From IMG/VR virus record IMGVR_UViG_3300009566_000067, positions 1 to 29,050 of that record: a DNA stretch of 29,050 nt; one strand, written 5' to 3'. This stretch comes from a virus. Lineage: Duplodnaviria; Caudoviricetes. The position numbers and the translations under genes were made by a program. Shown piece after piece: positions 25,524 to 29,050 of this stretch (within the stretch, counting starts at the first letter, position 1; every line of letters begins with the position of its first letter). Below the pieces are notes generated by a model, which ran no database searches, was not told the DNA's origin, and saw nothing but the letters and a program-made list of their open reading frames with translations.

Positions 25524-26555
25524 TCACTTCCCCTTGCCGGAGAACAGGCTGGCCTCGTCGGTCTCCTTGTCCTCCGCGGCGACGCCGGTGAGGATCTCGC
25601 GCTCCTCGGCCGCGTCGGCCTCGTCGATGACCTCGGCCGAGACTTCGATCTCGCCCTGGCCCTTAGCGGCCTGTTTTACGAGGTCCTTGAGGTCGGCGTA
25701 TCCGAGATCGTGGCGGTAGCCGAAGACATCGACGGAGGCCCCCAGGCCCTGCTCGGGCACGGACCCCGGCCTGGCCATCACTTTCGAGACGCCGATCGCC
25801 GGATGATCCTTGAGGATGTTGCGCTCGACGATCGTCTGGGCGACGCGGTCGCCGAACCGCTGCCGGGAGGTGTGCTCCTCGAGGCAGTCGACGATCGCCG
25901 GGTCCTCGTAGTTGGCCCAGATGCCGAGCGGGAGCTCGACCGGGAAAAAGACCCAGGAACCCTCACGGTCCGGCTTCTCGGCCTCGATCCCAAGCACGGC
26001 CGCGTTGGGGTTGGCCGCCTCGTCGGTTTTCTTCCCGCCCTCGTACCGGACCTTCTTCATTTTCGCCTGGATCGACTGAATGAAGTAGGTATAGGGGTTG
26101 TAGTAGAGCGTCTTGTCGATGGCCACGATGTTGCCGGCCGGCGAGTAGCCGATGCCGATCTTGCGGACGATGACGCTCTCGATGGCCCTGGTCCGGGGAT
26201 TGCGCTCGACGTAGGGGTTGGGCTGTTCGACGCCGTCCCGGACGACGGTCGGCGGCGCGAGGATCGTGATCGACGCGACCTTGTTGAGGTGGACATAGCC
26301 GGGGTACGCGATGGCGTACTGCTTCACGGTTGTCCTGGTCTCCGGGTCCCATTTGCCCGGGAGCCCGTAGAAGTGACCGATCTTCTCGAAGAGCTTGATC
26401 GAGGCCTTGATGGGCCGCATGATCTGGCCGTCCTTGCCGGCCTTGATGTACACGTCCCCGAACGGCGCGGTGAGCGCGATCCGGGTTTCGCCATTCGTCG
26501 GCTTGGCGAGGGCCGTTGCGGCCGCGGGGGCCGCCTTCTTGTCCTTCTCGTTCAT
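25524..26555 (-). CDS. Putative single-strand annealing protein (divergent RecT / Red-beta-like, 343 aa)
   Basis: Start re-called at MNEKDKK (GAAAGGA SD). IAYPGYVHL and RVAQTIVERNILKDHP echo RecT-family motifs. Acidic C-terminus ending SLFSGKGK; directly upstream of the exonuclease. Confidence 0.5.
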   Translation of the reverse strand: MNEKDKKAAPAAATALAKPTNGETRIALTAPFGDVYIKAGKDGQIMRPIKASIKLFEKIGHFYGLPGKWDPETRTTVKQYAIAYPGYVHLNKVASITILAPPTVVRDGVEQPNPYVERNPRTRAIESVIVRKIGIGYSPAGNIVAIDKTLYYNPYTYFIQSIQAKMKKVRYEGGKKTDEAANPNAAVLGIEAEKPDREGSWVFFPVELPLGIWANYEDPAIVDCLEEHTSRQRFGDRVAQTIVERNILKDHPAIGVSKVMARPGSVPEQGLGASVDVFGYRHDLGYADLKDLVKQAAKGQGEIEVSAEVIDEADAAEEREILTGVAAEDKETDEASLFSGKGK

Positions 26556-26573
26556 GAGAATCCTTTCACCAGC

Positions 26574-26602
26574 TTGACACGGCCCGCGTCCTGCGCTATC
26601 GT
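26574..26602 (+). promoter_or_regulatory. Antisense sigma70-type promoter TTGACA-N17-TATCGT
   Basis: Perfect -35 (26574-26579), 17-nt spacer and -10 TATCGT (26597-26602), pointing against the early operon. Confidence 0.65.
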
Positions 26603-26844
26603 CTGGACGCAAGCCGGCCTTGGCCGGCACCTGGTTTGATTACCCTGCTGCTCGTAACAGCAGGGGCCTTTGCCTCATCCTCCTCATCCGCTATCGGCTC
26701 CGCGCAGTCCGCGCAGTAGCCTCCGCTCAGCTTTGCCAGGCGGCCGCAATCGGGGCACCGGCCGAGTTCCAACACCTCGTCGGGGAGCGCCGATTGCCGG
26801 CAGTCCTCGATGAAGTCCTCGTCAAGAAGCAGCTTATGGCTCAT
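26596..26844 (-). CDS. Small zinc-finger-like protein (82 aa)
   Basis: CPDC...CADC motif, AGGAG SD and ATGA overlap. Confidence 0.6.
   Translation of the reverse strand: MSHKLLLDEDFIEDCRQSALPDEVLELGRCPDCGRLAKLSGGYCADCAEPIADEEDEAKAPAVTSSRVIKPGAGQGRLASRR
26609..26671 (+). ncRNA. Candidate small antisense RNA with two hairpins
   Basis: Downstream of the antisense promoter: GCCGGC-CTTG-GCCGGC (26613-26628) and CCCTGCTG-CTCGTAA-CAGCAGGG (26643-26665), then GCCTTT. Confidence 0.45.
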
Positions 26845-27056
26845 CGGATGGCTCCTGCCGGCACGACCGACACCACAGGCTTGATATCCGCCGGCTTGAC
26901 GACGTCATACCCATCGCCGTTAGGGAGACGCTCATCGAACCTGACCACGATGGCCGGTTCGTCCAGAACAATGCCTTTGACGACGGAATAGACCCGGACA
27001 ACGGTCCCGGTCATGCCGGGTTCGCACACCTTCACCCTGTCCCCGACACGAACCAT
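26841..27056 (-). CDS. Small SH3/KOW-like hypothetical protein (71 aa)
   Basis: VRVGDRVKV...GMTGTVVRV...VVRFD pattern and AAGGAGG SD. Confidence 0.65.
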   Translation of the reverse strand: MVRVGDRVKVCEPGMTGTVVRVYSVVKGIVLDEPAIVVRFDERLPNGDGYDVVKPADIKPVVSVVPAGAIR

Positions 27057-27057
27057 C

Positions 27058-27243
27058 TCAGGCCTCCTTTGGCCGAAGCAGGCTCTTCACATAATCGAGG
27101 TAGACGATCGCCCCGCCGGCCGTTGTGATCCCGTTTTTCGGGAAGTCATCGCGGAGCATGTCTTCGGCCACGGCCCGGGCTTCGCCGAGGTCGCAGCCGA
27201 ACTTGTAGGCGATGAGCTTCGTCAGGACCGATAGATTGATCAT
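27058..27243 (-). CDS. Hypothetical protein (61 aa)
   Basis: GGAGG SD and tight packing with neighbours. Confidence 0.6.
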   Translation of the reverse strand: MINLSVLTKLIAYKFGCDLGEARAVAEDMLRDDFPKNGITTAGGAIVYLDYVKSLLRPKEA

Positions 27244-27275
27244 CAGAAACCTCCACGGAACATGGTTCTGCCCAT
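27243..27275 (-). CDS. Candidate 10-codon minigene MGRTMFRGGF
   Basis: Its ATG overlaps the cII-like stop (TGATG) and its TGA overlaps the next start (TGATG). Confidence 0.35.
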   Translation of the reverse strand: MGRTMFRGGF

Positions 27276-27736
27276 CAGCGGGCCCCGTTTCTGATCTTCT
27301 CGCGGAGCTCGGCCGACTTCTGTTGAAGACGGGCCAGGGCCCGCTCCATCCGTCGCAGTTCTGACTTGTCGACCTTCCCGTCCTCGTAGGCGTCCTCGAT
27401 CTCCTTGAGCGCCTCGCCGGTCAGGATGGACAGCCTGATCTGGTCCTTCTCACGGTCGGCCACGGAGGGTTTGCCCTTAACGGCCTGGACGGGGATGAAG
27501 CCGCAGGGCTCACAGAAGAACTCTAGGAGCTCCACGTCGCCCGTCGCCTTGACCAGGTCGATGACCCGATCCGGCGGGATGACGTTCTCGCCGCGGACGT
27601 ATCGGTAGAGCGTGTCTGTGGCGATCTGCATATCCTTGGCCACGGCATCGACGCGGTACTTCTTCTTGATGATGAAGTTCACGTAGAGAAGAGCCGAGAA
27701 TCCTGAAATCGGAGAGGAATTTAGGTTGAGGTTCAA
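27275..27736 (-). CDS. Phage regulatory protein, 186/CP76-type CII-like (153 aa)
   Basis: N-terminal HTH (VDAVAKDMQIATDTLYRY), LVKATGDVELLEFFCEPCGF, and C-terminal GEALKEIEDAYEDGKVDKSE helix bundle. The start codon is uncertain. Confidence 0.7.
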   Translation of the reverse strand: MNLNLNSSPISGFSALLYVNFIIKKKYRVDAVAKDMQIATDTLYRYVRGENVIPPDRVIDLVKATGDVELLEFFCEPCGFIPVQAVKGKPSVADREKDQIRLSILTGEALKEIEDAYEDGKVDKSELRRMERALARLQQKSAELREKIRNGAR

Positions 27737-27984
27737 GATACCCTCGCGTTAGTCTGAGTGCGGAAGGCAGACTTGCGATGGAAAAAGTCCCGATGCGCCG
27801 GGTAGAAGTTGGCCTTCAGGAATTTCACGATCGCCTCGCGCGGGATGAAGATTCTGCCGCGGATGCGGTAATGATCGATCTCCCCTGCCGCCGCCATCGA
27901 ATAAATAACGTCCTTGGAGATGCGGAGCTCGGCGGCGGCTTCCCGAATGGTGAGGCGGTCGTTCTCGGGCTTACTGGCGTCCAT
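27733..27984 (-). CDS. Excisionase-like HTH_17 DNA-binding protein (83 aa)
   Basis: Start re-called at MDASKPE (AAGGAG SD). LTIREAAAELRISKDVIYSM...GEIDHYRIRGRIFIPREAI. Confidence 0.8.
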   Translation of the reverse strand: MDASKPENDRLTIREAAAELRISKDVIYSMAAAGEIDHYRIRGRIFIPREAIVKFLKANFYPAHRDFFHRKSAFRTQTNARVS

Positions 27985-28186
27985 CGGCTTCTCCTTGGGG
28001 GTAAAGCAGGTTGAGGATTGGGATACCGGTGATTTCCGATATCTGTCTAGCAAGCCTCTTGGAGAGGGAGCGCTGCCCGGATAGGACCTCAGAAAGGTAA
28101 GATTCGGAGATGCCAAAGGTACGGGCCATTTCTCGACCCGTAAGCCCTTTTTTTTCCTTGTATTCGCCGAGATTCGTAATCTGCAT
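27971..28186 (-). CDS. cro: Cro-like XRE HTH regulator (71 aa)
   Basis: Start re-called at MQITNL (GGAGG SD). GLTGREMARTFGISESYLSEVLSGQR; divergent from cI. Confidence 0.8.
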   Translation of the reverse strand: MQITNLGEYKEKKGLTGREMARTFGISESYLSEVLSGQRSLSKRLARQISEITGIPILNLLYPQGEADGRQ

Positions 28187-28203
28187 CTTCAGCCTCCGCG
28201 TTA

Positions 28204-28232
28204 ATATTCGCAAATAACGAATAGTATGTCAA
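28204..28232 (-). promoter_or_regulatory. Lytic promoter (PR-like)
   Basis: Minus-strand TTGACA (28227-28232), 17-nt spacer and an extended TGn-GAATAT -10, overlapping operator 1. Confidence 0.6.
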
Positions 28233-28294
28233 GCATAAAATTCGCTATTTACGAATACTTTTATATCCCCCTTGAAAATTCGCTAATTGCGAAC
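28206..28294. promoter_or_regulatory. Three repressor operators ATTCG-N7-CGAA(T/C)
   Basis: ATTCGcaaataaCGAAT (28206-28222), ATTCGctatttaCGAAT (28240-28256) and ATTCGctaattgCGAAC (28278-28294). Confidence 0.85.
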
Positions 28295-28301
28295 CTAGAA
28301 T
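28272..28301 (+). promoter_or_regulatory. Repressor maintenance promoter (PRM-like)
   Basis: TTGAAA (28272-28277), 18-nt spacer containing operator 3, and TAGAAT (28296-28301). The cI ATG is only 11 nt further on. Confidence 0.6.
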
Positions 28302-28312
28302 AAGGTCAAAAC

Positions 28313-29050
28313 ATGGGTATTCGGGACAATATCAGGCGAGAGATTGACAGGCGCTTCAAGGGGAATGCTTCCTCATTTTCGAAGGCTGCTGGAATCTCGG
28401 CGCCCTACCTGAACGAGATTCTGAACGGCAAGCGGCGCTTCAACGAAGACTGGCTGAACAAGATCGCAAAAGCCCTCGACGTCCCCATCTATCAGCTCTT
28501 CATCGATGAGCCGGTCGTTCCCAAGTCCGTGGCGGATAAGGAGCCGGCGATCCTCGAGCTCTTCCCGGACCAGGAGACGCAGACCGAGTTCGCCAAGTTC
28601 AGCAGCCGGGACGATTTCCTTCCCATCCGGATCCTGGCGGATCGCGCGTCACTAGGCCACGGCGCCATCGTCTCCCAGGAGCGCACCGGCGGCTATGCCC
28701 TGATCTACCGCAGCGCCCTACCGCGGAAGGCCGCCAAACAGAAACGATCGGCCGAGAAGATCGTCTGCCTCTTCGCCGCTGGCGACTCCATGTCCCCTAC
28801 CATCCAGGACAAAAGCCTCGTCGCGATCGACGTCGAGGACAAGACCGAGGTCCAGAACAAGAAGATCTACGCCGTCGAGATCCCGGACGAAGGGGTCACG
28901 ATCAAGCGGATTCTCCAACACAACGACCATCTGCTCCTATTTGCGGACAACAGGGATTTCCCTGGCTATCCGCGAGCTCTGTGCCTGAAGGAACTGAACT
29001 ACAACCCGATCTGCGGGAAGGTTGTCTGGACCTGGAACAGGCTCGATTAG
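28313..29050 (+). CDS. cI: CI-like phage repressor (XRE HTH plus peptidase S24, 245 aa)
   Basis: HTH (ASSFSKAAGISAPYLNEILNGKRR), catalytic GDSMSP Ser, TIKR Lys and C-terminal ICGKVVW. Confidence 0.93.
   Translation: MGIRDNIRREIDRRFKGNASSFSKAAGISAPYLNEILNGKRRFNEDWLNKIAKALDVPIYQLFIDEPVVPKSVADKEPAILELFPDQETQTEFAKFSSRDDFLPIRILADRASLGHGAIVSQERTGGYALIYRSALPRKAAKQKRSAEKIVCLFAAGDSMSPTIQDKSLVAIDVEDKTEVQNKKIYAVEIPDEGVTIKRILQHNDHLLLFADNRDFPGYPRALCLKELNYNPICGKVVWTWNRLD

Noticed and set aside
499-26639. Many long + strand ORFs (e.g. 499-1458, 6106-7173, 6936-7970, 10825-12045, 13009-14478, 25422-26639)
   Set aside because: They are antisense shadows of GC-rich - strand genes, with no recognisable motifs or SD sites.
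8848-28213. Longest-ORF starts in the track (9600, 10430, 18170, 22696, 23648, 26630, 28116, 28213)
   Set aside because: They overlap upstream genes, terminators or promoters. Downstream ATGs with SD sites or stop-start overlaps were used instead.
1-29050. Genome-wide stop-codon reassignment
   Set aside because: All recognisable genes are full length under the standard code, and TAG, TGA and TAA all end genes at expected positions.

Overview
GC-rich temperate siphophage or prophage segment with a lambdoid layout. It reads from right to left. A CI repressor (+ strand) sits back-to-back with a cro / xis-like / cII-like cluster across an AT-rich switch holding three ATTCG-N7-CGAA(T/C) operators. 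Everything else is on the - strand. The early region has a RecT-like protein, a Cas4-like exonuclease, a coiled-coil protein, a replication initiator with internal ori-like repeats, a RuvC-like resolvase and small unknown ORFs. A triple-repeat late promoter region follows. Then come the lysis genes (holin-like, M15A peptidase, spanin-like), a ParB-DNA methyltransferase, TerS/TerL, a portal-MuF fusion, an HK97-type protease and capsid, neck genes, the tail tube, tail chaperones with a -1 frameshift, tape measure, and three tail-tip genes. No integrase, tRNA, CRISPR array or reverse transcriptase is in the window. The least explained signals are regulatory: (i) a three-way-junction RNA with two anti-SD (CUCCU) loops and a U-tract directly before the replication initiator; (ii) a near-consensus antisense sigma70 promoter that could drive a small two-hairpin RNA; (iii) three phased pseudo-palindromes at the late promoter next to an apparently catalytically dead Hjc-like protein; (iv) a 10-codon minigene coupling cII to the next gene; (v) an excess of in-frame stop-start junctions in the virion genes. 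All protein assignments come from motif recognition by eye and gene order; no searches were run.
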